DNA from: Eledone cirrhosa
Lineage: Eukaryota
Assembly (NCBI GenBank): GCA_964016885.1
Contig: OZ024764.1
Location: forward strand, 22,072,001 to 22,136,000
Direction of reading: 5' to 3'
DNA: 64,000 nucleotides
In this document: piece by piece, positions 12,078-24,100 of the stretch
How the letters are laid out: each line of letters starts with the position of its first letter
How positions within the stretch are numbered: position 1 is the first letter of the stretch
The notes under the pieces: model-generated
The model's input: the letters and a program-made list of their open reading frames with translations, nothing else
What the model was told of the DNA's origin: nothing
Databases searched by the model: none
Program-made: the position numbers and the translations under genes

Positions 12078-13598
12078 ATGTTGAAAAATTTAGTAAAATC
12101 ACCATTCCACTGTGATATCTGTGGTAAATCATTCTCTAAAAATACTAAATTAACTAGACACAAACTAAGTCACACAGAAGAGAAGCCATATCACTGTGAT
12201 ATCTGTAGTAAATCATTCTCTAAAAATACTAAATTAACTAGACATAAACTAAGTCATACAGAAGAGAAGCCATATCACTGTGATATCTGTAGTAAATCAT
12301 TCTCTAAAAGTACTAAATTAACTAGACATAAACTAAGTCACACAGAAGAGAAGCCATATCACTGTGATATCTGTGGTAAATCATTCCCTAAAAATAATAA
12401 ATTAACTAGACACAAACTAAGTCATACAGAAGAGAAGACATATGACTGTGATATCTGTGGTAAATCATTCTCTAAAAATACTAAATTAACTAGACATAAA
12501 CTAAGTCATACAGAAGAGAAGCCATATCACTGTGATATCTGTGGTAAATCATTCTCTAAAAATACTAAATTAACTAGACATAAACTAAGTCATACAGAAG
12601 AGAAGCCATATCACTGTGATATCTGTGGTAAATCATTCTCTAAAAATACTAAATTAACTAGACACAAAAGTATTCATACAGGAGAGAAGCCGTATCACTG
12701 TGATATCTGTGGTAAATCATTTTCTAAAAGTAATAAATTGACTAAACACAAACGTAGTCACACAGGAGAGAAGCCGTGTCACTATATCTTTGGTAAATCT
12801 AAAAATAGTAACTTAGCTAGAGACAAACTAAGTCACACAGAGGAGAAAACATATCACAATGATATTTGTGGTAAATATTTCTCTCATGTGAGTACCTTAA
12901 CAAATTACAAACATATTCCTGCAGAAGAGACACCATATTATTGTGATGTCTGTGGTAAATCATTCTCTAAAAATACAAAATTAAAAAGACACAAAGAAAG
13001 ACATTCAGGAGAGAAGCTATATCACTGTGATATCTGTGATAAATCATTCTCTCGAAGTGATCATTTATTTACCCACAAACGTACTCATACAGGAGAGAAG
13101 CCATATCAATGTGATATCTGTGATAAATCATTCTCTCATAGTAAAACCTTAACTACCCACAAACGTACTCATACAGGAGAGAAACCATATCACTGTGATA
13201 TCTGTGATAAATCATTCTCTCGATGTGATCATTTATTTACCCACAAACGTATTCATACAGGAGAGAAACCATATCACTGTGACATCTGTGATAAATCATT
13301 CTCTCATACCTTAACTACCCACAAACGTACTCATACAGGAGAGAAGCCATATCACTGTGACATCTGTGGTAAATCATTCTCTCGTAGTAATCACCTAACT
13401 ACCCACAAACGTATTCATACAGGAGAGAAACCATATCACTGTGACATCTGTGATAAATCATTCTCTCATAGTCAAACCTTAACTATTCACAAACGTACTC
13501 ATACAGGAGAGAAGCCATATCACTGTGACATCTGTGGTAAATCATTCTCTCGTAGAGATAACTTAACCAGGCATGTGCGTATTCATACAGAAGTTTAG
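12078..13598 (+). CDS. C2H2 zinc-finger protein (18 finger repeats, two degenerate), single coding exon
   Basis: Open ORF of tandem CDICGKSFS...H...H repeats with TGEKPY/TEEKPY linkers. ATG at 12078 aligns with the ATGs of the two paralogs. Upstream acceptor at 11610 and AATAAA at 13868. Confidence 0.9.
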   Translation: MLKNLVKSPFHCDICGKSFSKNTKLTRHKLSHTEEKPYHCDICSKSFSKNTKLTRHKLSHTEEKPYHCDICSKSFSKSTKLTRHKLSHTEEKPYHCDICGKSFPKNNKLTRHKLSHTEEKTYDCDICGKSFSKNTKLTRHKLSHTEEKPYHCDICGKSFSKNTKLTRHKLSHTEEKPYHCDICGKSFSKNTKLTRHKSIHTGEKPYHCDICGKSFSKSNKLTKHKRSHTGEKPCHYIFGKSKNSNLARDKLSHTEEKTYHNDICGKYFSHVSTLTNYKHIPAEETPYYCDVCGKSFSKNTKLKRHKERHSGEKLYHCDICDKSFSRSDHLFTHKRTHTGEKPYQCDICDKSFSHSKTLTTHKRTHTGEKPYHCDICDKSFSRCDHLFTHKRIHTGEKPYHCDICDKSFSHTLTTHKRTHTGEKPYHCDICGKSFSRSNHLTTHKRIHTGEKPYHCDICDKSFSHSQTLTIHKRTHTGEKPYHCDICGKSFSRRDNLTRHVRIHTEV

Positions 13599-14029
13599 CT
13601 GTATCAATATCAAACTCATTACATCATACTACAACAACAACAACAATCGTGTAGATCCATCATCCTTGCTAAAACTGGGGTTAACCTTGTAGGTTTTACC
13701 TAGGACAGGGATCATAAACACCAGGTTTCCATTTTTGAAGCAGTGTTTGAAGATTTTGTGTAAATTAAAGTTTTTCACGTTAAACTTTGATTTATTATAC
13801 TTTAACAGGTAAGATATATATTTGTATTTTTAGTAAAGGTTGGGAACTTCTGTTATTTAAACCTGCCAATAAAATGAAAACTTTTGTTCTTGCTAATCTG
13901 ACATTGATATTAATTCTATTGTCCTGTACATTGTCTCAAATATCACAGATTAAACAGATTTTAACAATAACAACAGAAATCAATAACTTGTAAGCCTAAT
14001 ATCAAGCTTCCATTTTAACTATTTGATAT

Positions 14030-14680
14030 TGTTGTTCCCCTCCTGTCTCTTCAGGTCTTTTAGATTTCAACTTCTATCTACTGTACTATTCCATCACCAA
14101 GGCAACATTCATCTGGCTGGCAGCTTACATCAGCTACAGATCTCATCAGTGGTTCACAACAGGCTGTCTGAAAGAAACTTCCAGATATCTTCTATGTCAT
14201 AGCTATCAATCTCCTCCTCCTTATCATATGTATCATGTAGAACATCTCTGTATTTATATTTAACAGGGAGATCTTTTACTGTCCCTACCCCTTTTCTCTA
14301 GGTTGTCTTGTACCACCCTCACAGTCCCTCTAGATTTTATATTTAACAGGGAGATATTTTACTATCCCTACCCTTTTCTCTAGATTGTCTTGTACCACCC
14401 TCACAGTCCCTCTAGATCTTATATTTAACAGGGAGATCTTTTACTCTCCAACCCTTCTTTCTCCAGATAGTCTTGAATCTGTCAGTCCCTCTAGATCTTA
14501 CACTTAGTATCTAGTCTATGTTGAGTGGTACGTCCTTCTTCAGTAAAGGAGTTAATATTCCCAACCATCTGTCTATCCTGTTTTCTGATGAGAATGAAGT
14601 CAATCTAGTTTATCTCTTCACCTGATTGAAGTAACTAGATGTTTTCCTGTAAGTTAGTGTTGCAGTGTTTGTGTCACCAT
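14030..14680 (-). mobile_element. Highly decayed RTE fragment with ~70-bp internal repeats
   Basis: Resembles the reverse complement of the RTE endonuclease/linker region. Repeated ATATTTAACAGGGAGATCTTTTACT. Copies at ~29230-29850 and ~45920-46480. Confidence 0.45.
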
Positions 14681-14777
14681 GTAAGGTTTATATCTATTAA
14701 TATAGAGATGTAGTAAAGTTTTCACTGTTGTATCTCTATTTTCTAAATATCTTAATAATGTTTCTCTACTATTTCAG

Positions 14778-15160
14778 AATATCACATGACCTTGACAGAA
14801 AAGAGTCTTTTAAAGACAACAGAAAGATGTTACATACAAGTGATATAAACTTGTTTAGTCTGTGGTGAATTATGGTGAAATATTTCTTCTGAATTGAGAT
14901 AAATAACAACATATTCCTTTTTCACTGTCTGGAATATTTACAAGATGATTTTACATTCTGATTAAACTTTGGATATTTACAAAGGAGTTTTCAAAATATT
15001 TGGATATTGACAAAGATCACATTTGATAAAATTATGAACAATAGAAATATTTACATCAACACAGGAATATCTTCCAGAAGAGATGAGAAAATCATTATAC
15101 CACTGTAATATTTGTGGTAAAATATTCTCTCTTCTTTATATGTAGAACATCTAACTAAAC
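14778..15160 (+). pseudogene. Relic ZNF exon
   Basis: Acceptor CTATTTCAG|AATATC resembles the ZNF exon acceptor (TTATTTCAG|AATACC). One decayed finger HCNICGKIFS at ~15100. Copies at ~29946-30330 and ~46571-46950. Confidence 0.5.
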
Positions 15161-15967
15161 ACTTTAACTAACAAACTATTGTGCTATAGAATTGACAAAC
15201 TTGAGGAATGTTTAATAAATGTTACAGATTTCTCCAAACTGTCGTTTACTAACTTTAATTTGAAACTATATTATCTATATTCTACTAAAACTCTGTGATT
15301 GTGTCTTGTCTGTAATTTAATACAGCTAAAACAGTGCATAATGGGGAAATACTTAGAATAGGAATAAAACAAGATTTGTATAAATTGGAGCACAGGTTCC
15401 CAAGATACGGGGTTTTCTGGGTACCTTCATAAATATAGGGAGAGAGCGAGACAGTGGTGGTGAGAGAGTGGGCGCTGGTGGTGTTGTTTAATAAAATGTG
15501 TGTGTGTATATATATATACGTATGTGTTAAATGACTTAAAAGATAATTTTAAGGCAACGTGACCCAACAGGTCCCGGGTGGTCTATTAGAGGGTCATGTT
15601 CTAGATGTGCTGGAAGAGCCATTCCATCTCGTGAGGTTCACACCAGCAGCTAGCCACCTCAGCACCTATGGTGGTATATTTATTATATTATTTATTCTTT
15701 ATCATTAACATTAATATAAAAGATAATTATATATTTTTAGAGAAGAACCTCTAACTTCATATAGCTCAGGGCTTCAGTAGGTAAAAGTCTGGCCCTGCTT
15801 GTCTTGTATTTTTTAGGGGAGAAGTTAGGGAATACGGTTATTGTGTGAAAGTTTTCTAAATCTTCTTCAGCCACTAACATGGAGAAGATATTTCAGTAAG
15901 AAGGTTCACATCCTGACATCTATAGCTGTTGACAATGAGATTGGAATTCATTATTAAACAAATGTTA

Positions 15968-16490
15968 TATCATCATCACTGTTTTACATCAGTTTCTCCA
16001 CGCTGGCATGGGTTAGACGAGTTATCCTGTTGTAAGCAATGCCAGATCAGGTGACCACGTCTGGCTCCTACGAAACCAATTTTGGTTTGGTTTCTACAGC
16101 TGGATGCCCTTCCTAGTACCAACCTTATTTACATTGAGTACTGGGTGCTTTTTACTATCTCACCAACTCCACCACTTCACAGTGTGTGCTGGGTACTTTT
16201 TTACTTTTTGTCATGGCACCTACATAAGCACTTCACAGTGAGTACTGGGTACTTTTTATCGTGACACCTACAGTACCACTTTACAGGGTGGACTGGGTAC
16301 TTTTTGCCATGACACCAATGTGACCACTTTACAGTGTGGATTGGGTACTTTTTGTCGTGACACCTACATGACCACTTTACAATGTGGAATGGGTATTTTT
16401 GTTGTGACACCTACATGACCACTTTACAGTGTGGATTGGGTACTTTTTGTCATGACACCTACACAACCTCTTTACAGTGTTGGCAGTGAA
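15968..16490 (-). mobile_element. Bipartite non-autonomous RTE derivative (SINE-like) with 48-bp tandem repeats
   Basis: Minus strand joins an RTE 5'-UTR motif (AAAAGCACCCAGT..TAGGAAGGGCATCCA, cf. 40100-40155) to an RTE 3' end with a (GAT)n tail (cf. 43245-43307). The 5' motif is tandemly amplified. Confidence 0.65.
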
Positions 16491-16561
16491 ATCTAATGCA
16501 CCAGCTTCAGTAATCAGAATATACATATACACACACACAAACACAAATATATATATATATT

Positions 16562-18621
16562 CAGTGGTACCTTGACTTACAAGTGTCCCAACTAATAAGT
16601 TTTTCGAGATACGAGCCCTCTTTCGGCTGATTTTTTGCGTTGAGTTCCAGAGTAAAATTCGGGTTACGAGTCAGCTTCAGATGCCCCGCCACTAGTTGGC
16701 ATAGTGACCGCCACAGGCAATACCATAACAACCGCCCGGCATCCCATGGCTTCGAAGAAAGTGAGGGCGAAGGACAGTTCTGAGAAGAAGAAGCAGATGA
16801 TGTGTATTGAATTAAAGAAAGAAATTATAGAAAAACATGACCAAGGTGTGTGTAGTGGATTTGGTGAAGCAGTATGAGCGTAGCACTTCTACGATATCTA
16901 CCATACTGAAGTAGAAGGAGTTGATAAAGGCTATAACCCCAGCTAAGGGTGGTAAAATAATTTCTAAACAGCGGACATCTATCCATGAAAATATGGAAAA
17001 GCTGCTGATGGTGTGGTTGACGGAGAAGCAGGTCGCAAGAGATACTGTGATGAAGATTATAATATGTGAGAAGGCACGAGCTATTTACGCTGATTTGCTG
17101 CAGCAGACCCCAGGTACTTCTACGGACGAGGCATCGGCAAGCCCTTTAATGCCAGTCGGGGTTGGTTTGAGAATTTTAAAAAGAGGACCGGCATTCACTC
17201 CGTTGTCAGGCATGGTGAGGCAGCGAGCGCGGATATGAAGGCAGCTGAGGATTACCTCAAAACCTTTCCCTGAATTATAGCAGCCAAAGGATACATCCCT
17301 CAGCAAGTCTTTAACTGTGATGAAACAGGACTTTTTTGGAAGAAGATGCCAAGGAGGACTTATATAACGGCAGAGGAGAAGAGGATGCCTGGCCACAAAC
17401 CCATGAGGGATAGGCTAACCCCTGCACTGTGCCTATGCGAGCGGTGACTGTCAGATTAAGTCGCTGCTCGTTTATCATTCAGAAAACTCCAGAACCTTTA
17501 AGTCACATAAGATTCTGAAAGAAAAACTGCAGGTTTTGTGGAGGGCAAACCCGAGGCCATGGGTCACCAGGTAGTTCTTTGTGGAGTGGGTGAATTTGGT
17601 CTTTGGTCCTGACGTTAAAAAATATCTCCAGGAAAATAACCTACCCCTGAAAACCCTTCTTGTCCTACATAATGCACCTGCTCACCAACCCACCCTCGAA
17701 GAGTTCAAGTTTATAAAGGTCCTCTACCTTTCACCAAACACCACCCCTATCCTACAGACCAAGGACCAGCAGGTACTTTCTAATTTCAAGAAGCTCTTCA
17801 CCAAGCACCTGTTCAGTCGCTGCTTTGAAGTGACGGAGAGCACAAACTTCACCCTTGAGAGGTCTGGAAGGACCATTATAACATCGTGATATGCCTCAGA
17901 ATTATCGATATGACATGGCAGGGTCTTACAAAGAGGACCTTGACCTCTACATGGAAGAAGCTGTGGCCTGAAGTTGTGTCTATAACAGACTTTGAAGGAC
18001 TCGAACCCGAAGCGGCAGTGGTGGAGGAGATTGTACGCCTCGGTAAGTCCATGGGCCTGGACATGGATGAAGGTGACATCAACGGACTCATCGAGGAACT
18101 GACAACGAAGGAATTAAAGGAGCTACAGACACAGCAACACACGGAGTTTTTGCAGGAAATAGGTGACACAGAGGAGGTTATCTCAACAAGTGAGATGAAA
18201 CAAACCTCATTAGACAGGTTTTTATCGAAAATCCCTGCAGATAAAAGTGAGGAACGCGTTGCGAAAAGGGCAAAAATCAGCGAATAAGATTCAGTTATTC
18301 AGTTCATTCTTTCTCCTCCGTCAACATCCTCAAGTCGTCTGATCTCCAAGATAGATGCTGTACATTATACATAATAAAACCAGTTTGTTGCAGTACATTC
18401 TATTGTATTGTTTTTTTATATACAATATTTGTTATTTATAAGTACATTTTTCTTATTTAAAAACACGTAACAAAACAAACTATGGTTTTTGTGGTCTGGA
18501 ACGGATTAACGGCATTTTAATTTATATCAGTGGGGAAAATTGATTTGACATACAAGTAATTTAAGTTACGAGGTCCTACACGGAACAAATTAAATTAAAC
18601 TCATAAGTCAAGATACCACTG
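16562..18621 (+). mobile_element. pogo/Tigger DNA transposon, near full length, decayed transposase
   Basis: TIRs CAGTGGTACCTTGACTTA / TAAGTCAAGATACCACTG. CENP-B-like HTH (MEKLLMVWLTEKQ) and DDE motifs (VFNCDETGLFWKKMP, LVLHNAPAH, LSPNTTPILQTKDQQV) with frameshifts. Confidence 0.9.
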
Positions 18622-18734
18622 TGTGTGTATATATATATATATATGAAGGAACGATCGACTTTCGTCAAATCGGACTAAGGAAGCAATGTTTCCATTGGTC
18701 TTTCCAATTGCTAGTACTAACGGTCGCAACTCCA

Positions 18735-18817
18735 GGTAGAAGGAACAACGTGAAATAAAGTGTCTTGCTCAAGGACATAACGCATCGCCTGGTCCAGGAA
18801 GCGAACTCACAACCTCA
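18735..18817 (-). mobile_element. SINE fragment
   Basis: GTGTCTTGCTCAAGGACATAACGC...GCGAACTCACAACC; the reverse complement has a B-box-like GAGTTCGCTTCC. Confidence 0.4.
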
Positions 18818-20199
18818 AGATATATATATATATAGTTAAATATTAGACAGGAACAAAAAACAGAGGCAGTGCAAATGGTAGTTTATACCGAGAGAGAGAC
18901 AGACAAACACATCTAAACCTCTACTAATGTAAAACATAAAACATATGTAAGGGGAGACAACTCTCATTACATCCCCCTCTTCTTTTTGACATACATTCTT
19001 GAGATACTTTGTACAATGGAATCTACTTTATTTTGTGTCCTAAGTAGATTTCTGTTTAAGTATTTACGAGATTCACAATGATTCACGTAACCAAGTTACT
19101 TACATAGAGATATATTTCACATAGAATCACAACAAATGAAAATATTAAGTCAACACTCTGTCAATCAGTCTCGCATCACATGGGGTGCCGGAGTCTCCCT
19201 CTAATACTTTCTGAGACAGTCTTACCTCGAGTGATAGCAAGGCTAAGATGTTGGAACTACCAAACACCCTCATATGTATCACCTGACACCTCGGTAAGGA
19301 GAGCTGCCAACGATAACAAGAACCTCGTTGTCAGGGACCTATCTCCTCCAAACTTCTCCAACACCACAGACTAGAATATTCTACTCTTTATTCCCTATCA
19401 AATATATTTCAGTCTAGTCATTTATCTTGTATCTTGTATATGTATTTTCAAAACTAACTGTCACATTTGTGAGACCCCAGTTAGTGATGTTTTTGTCTCC
19501 CTCCCACATCCTACATGCTGTAGTAAAAGTGATGGTCACTGCTTCTGTAGACGAACGAAATAAAAGCTAAACTACCAGTAATTATCGGCAAAGTATTTAT
19601 TCCAGTCTGTGATGTTTGAGAAGCTGGGCTGCTGACAACGAAGTTGTTGTCACTGTTGGCGGCTGGCTTTACCGAAGTACCCGATGACTGTTGTGAGGGT
19701 ACTTAGCTGTTCTGGCGGTTTAGCCTCCACATGACCCGATCTTACCGAGATACCCGGTGATCTCTGTCGGGGTACTTAGCTGTTCTGGCAACTTAGCCTC
19801 CATATGACCCGATCTTACCGAGATACCCGGTGATCTCTGTCAGGGTACTCGATTGATCCAGCACCCTACTATTTCTACCAACAGGTTATATCGAGGTATC
19901 AAGTGATACTCTTTTCTAGTCAAGACCTCCTCTGCTGTCCTCTGTCTTCCAACTGCCCTGTTATTCTACAGACTCACGAAAGTGGACACCATCTGAAGGA
20001 GAGAGTGGTTGGTGTAGTGGTCATCGCTGGCTATTGTTCAAGTGACACAGGTAAAATACACTACCTAGACTGAGGTGAAACGTCTACCGTCCATTCTTCG
20101 TCACCAACACCTTACTTTCTCTATTTTAATTACATTTACTGATTTCAACTTCATTTTTTTATTACAAACTTTACATAATTTAATTCCGTAAAAATATTT

Positions 20200-20343
20200 T
20201 ACGTCACAAAAAAACTTGACCTTTGACATTGAAGCATGCGCAGTGGTGCAGTTGTCGACTTCCTGTCCACGTGTCAGTCTTCCTACAACATCATTTAGAA
20301 AACATTTCTGTAAATACTAAACACCTGAGACTATAATGTAAGT
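20200..20343 (+). promoter_or_regulatory. Putative promoter/exon 1 of ZNF gene 2
   Basis: Same motif cluster as 3541-3684. Donor GTAAGT at 20338, acceptor at 27294. Confidence 0.5.
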
Positions 20344-20518
20344 ATTATGTCTATTAATATTGTAGATTTAAGCTCACTTTTCACATCACAAATATATATT
20401 TTCTTGTTTGTTTTATTACTGAAAATATAAAATGTTATCGTAATTATCTATATTTTACCTACCTCTAATTAATTAAAGTGAAAACTTTTGTTGTTGCTGA
20501 AAAATAAATTAACAAAAC

Positions 20519-20884
20519 TATAGCGAGATTACTGGTTGTATGAATGTAACAAAACGAGACAATGTTTGTGTATATAATATTTAATTAACGGTAGATAGAA
20601 TACTTGACATGTCAAAAATAGATGTTAGAATGAAACAAAGTTAGTAGTTACCGTTTTGATTGCCAGGCAAACGCGGCTGGCAGAGGGCGCCTGGCTAAGG
20701 CCAGGCGCCTGTTGGCCAAATTAATGGCAGAGCCAAATGAGAAGACTCTTGACCTGGTGCCGAAAAGGCAAAGAGAGAGAGGAAGCTTAAAGTTGTTAGT
20801 TTTATAGGGCTCTGACCGGAAGTCGCAGAAAGGGTTCCACCTCCCGTCTAGATCCCAATCAAAACAAGGGAGACAACCGCTACA
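20519..20884 (-). mobile_element. Solo LTR (366 bp), 4-bp TSD
   Basis: Termini TATAGCG (from TGTAGCG) and CGCTACA, with AAAC duplicated at 20515-20518 and 20885-20888. Empty site TAACAAAACTAAAT in cassettes 1 and 3. Minus-strand TATAAAA near 20800. Confidence 0.8.
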
Positions 20885-21168
20885 AAACTAAATATTTAAA
20901 TATTCTAAAGGTCGTTTTTATATTATGTGATGATATAATTAATATATTTTATTACAATTGTATAAATTTACAGTAGAATAACGTTGTAAATATGTTTTAA
21001 ATATATACATAAATAACATAAGTGTGTAAATAACATTATAAATTGCTGGCAATTCCTTGAGAAAGACATTACAAATATATTGTCTAAACTGTGTATAATA
21101 ATATAATTTATTGAACAATAATGATAAAGGAAAGAAAAACACAGTGGGAGATGGCAATTGACCACCAA

Positions 21169-24100
21169 ACGAGGTAAACATTTTCAACTTTCCCCTTTTT
21201 TTGCTTTGTCCGAGACAACTCAAAATATTCTTCAAGGAACTGGATTTTCCATTCGGTTGGATCGAACGGATTTTACGATTTATAATCTACGGAGAGGAAT
21301 AACAGATGTTCGGAGGAAAAAAGAATTGTTTGTGGCAACAACGTAGGGAACCAACCTGGAGCAATTGTATCACACAATTATACTTTCCTCCTTAACATAC
21401 ACTTACAATTTTTCAAGATCAAACCCCTCAAATATAAAATATAAATAATTATAAATGGCGAGGAACCATCCCATCTCCCTCTTGAAATAACCTGAATCTA
21501 TTTATAGTCAGGTGTGACTGAAAGGTCAATCCATACTTCCATTCTATTTCACAGAATTAGAAGCTTTGACCACTTGATAGAATTCAGGTCCAGTAATGTA
21601 ATCACTCCGTAATTGTAAACATCTTGTATCACTATCATTCAGGTTTTGATTTTACTTAAGTCTTGCCCATGTTATTTTTTTTTTTCTTTTTTACACAAAC
21701 TCACAATTTCGGTTTTTACTGCGGATTTACCCATGCGAACTATTACACCAACTCACAGCCTTAGATTTTGTATTTCTAGCGTTTTTATTTTCCTTCTCTT
21801 TGCATGTTCAGTGCTCTTTCTCTCCCACTGTATTTATCTGCCTCTCACATGACCACACTCCTCTCCACGCACTCATCATCTTCTCACTCCTTCTCCACCT
21901 TCCATCCCTCCCCTTGCTCAACCCTTACTTCCTCCTCGCGCACAGCCCACCTAGGTGTTCGTTCAACCCGCCGGTGGCCCGATGTTTCGACCGAACTATT
22001 ACCGGCGATTGCCGATTGCTAAAGTTGCCACCACTTTAACCTAGTCCACTCTAGGTGGCGGTGGCATGCGTTGAACGACCAAGAGACCTGCTTGGTGGAA
22101 CGACTAATGTGACAACCGGTCAGCCTTCGACCTCTCATTCTCCACCAACTGCAGCACGCACGAGAGGAGCTAACTTGACCCCACCTACCCCTCCTCTCCT
22201 TCACGGCAGATTCCGAACGAATCCAACCCGGCCAACCACACCACCCCTACAACTGTTAGCTCACTACCCAACCCCCGCTTTAGTCCCACCGTTAGAACCA
22301 CTGCTGTCTCCTTTACTGACTCACTCCCTTCACCGAATTCCAACGCTGGCCCTCTAATGTCGGCTGTTGCCAGCCCGCCACCTGATTGCGCCCTCTGTGC
22401 CCTCACTAACCAGTACTTAAAGACAATTAAATGTCACCTATGCTACGCAAGCTACCACAGAAGCTGTGTCGGCATCACCAAAGCTCAAGCCGAAAGGCTC
22501 CAACACTGGACCTGTCATCGGTGCCACTTCAGCTCCGACTATTCCGTGGGGATGACCAACACTCTACCGAAGACTTTGCCACAGTCCCCCCCAGGGCTTC
22601 ACCAAATCAAAGCTCGTTAATCGGACCCTTAAGGGAGCTCGGAACAGCTTTGCAGGTGCCCTCTCTAATTTACTGAAAAACGTTTGCTTGTCCAACAATA
22701 GTCTGGCAGAAATTGTTTTTGTTTCCCCTCATCTCTCTTCACGTGCACAATGCGAACTCGGGTTCCCTCAAGTCCTCTCTCAAGCGGCAGTTCCAGCTGT
22801 TTGAGTCCACCCCAACCACGTCTCATCTCAGTTCGTCTCCGAGCTCGGTGTCCACTAACAGACAACCGGTAGACCTCAAGCGAACCGTCAATGCCAAATT
22901 CAGCGAATTTGACATTAAAGGGGCTGTCCTCCCTTGCTCCATGCAACTCTGACTCTCGTGAGCGTCTGAAAGAGAAGCACCCCCAGATGATCAGCAACAC
23001 TGGCCCGAACCACCAGAATACTTGAGACCGGTTTACACCACCAATATCATCAGAAAGGCGATTTCATCCTTACCCGCTGGGTCAGGCGCGGGAATTAACG
23101 TCCTTCATCCTCAACACCTCAAGGATGGTATCTCCTTATCGGCCGGTGATGCCGGACTCGAGCTCTTGGAGAGTCTGACTCAGTTTGTGAATCAGTGAAC
23201 GTTCTCCCGTTCATCCGCCCACTGTTCTTCGGTGCGAAGCTATTTGGTCTCACCAAGCCCAACGGGGACCTGCGCCGCATTGCGGTTGGCTGCACACCTC
23301 GCCGCCTCACTGCAAAAGCGTGATCGCAGTTGGTCTCCAACCCACTGGCGGAGGAATTTTCCCCCATCCAGCTGTGGGTGGGTACCAGGTGGAGATGTGT
23401 GGCTGCTGTCCACGCTGCCAGAGCATTTGCGAACTTGCCCTCCTCATCCCCCAAGGTCATCCTCAAACTTGACCTCAGGAATGCCTTCAACTCCGTCAGC
23501 CGTAACATCGTCCTCGGCTCAGTAAGAGAGAGGGTCCCACAACTCTACCACTTTGCTTGGCAGGCTTATCGGGAGCCCTCCTACCTCTCTTTCAGTGACC
23601 AGATCATCACCTCTGCCTCAGGAGTCCAACAGGGTGACCCAATCGGGACGCCCCCCCCCCCGCACTGGACATTGATGACGTCACCAAGATGGGGGCTGAG
23701 TTGGACTTCAATGTCTGGTAGCTCGACGACGCCTGTTTGGGGGGAACTCCGGATATGGTTCTCGCCACTGCCAACAGGATGGTGGAGGAGCTTGGCGCCG
23801 GGGACTCCAGATCAATAGCTCCAAATGTGAGCTCTGGATCCTCAACCACCCGGCTTCTTAACACCAACAGCTGATCGACCTGTTCGCAGAGTCCTTCCCT
23901 TCCATCACGGTCCCTCCCCCGTCGGCTTGGTGCTCCTTAGGAGCCCCAATCACAGACCTGGCCTTCGAGTCAACCATCCAATCGAAGATGGTTGGCCTTG
24001 AGCAGCTGCTGAGGAATATTGAAGATATCGAACCCCATCAAGGTTTCTTCTTACTCAGGAACTACCTGTCTATTCCTAAGCTTCTGTATCTGCTCAGGGT

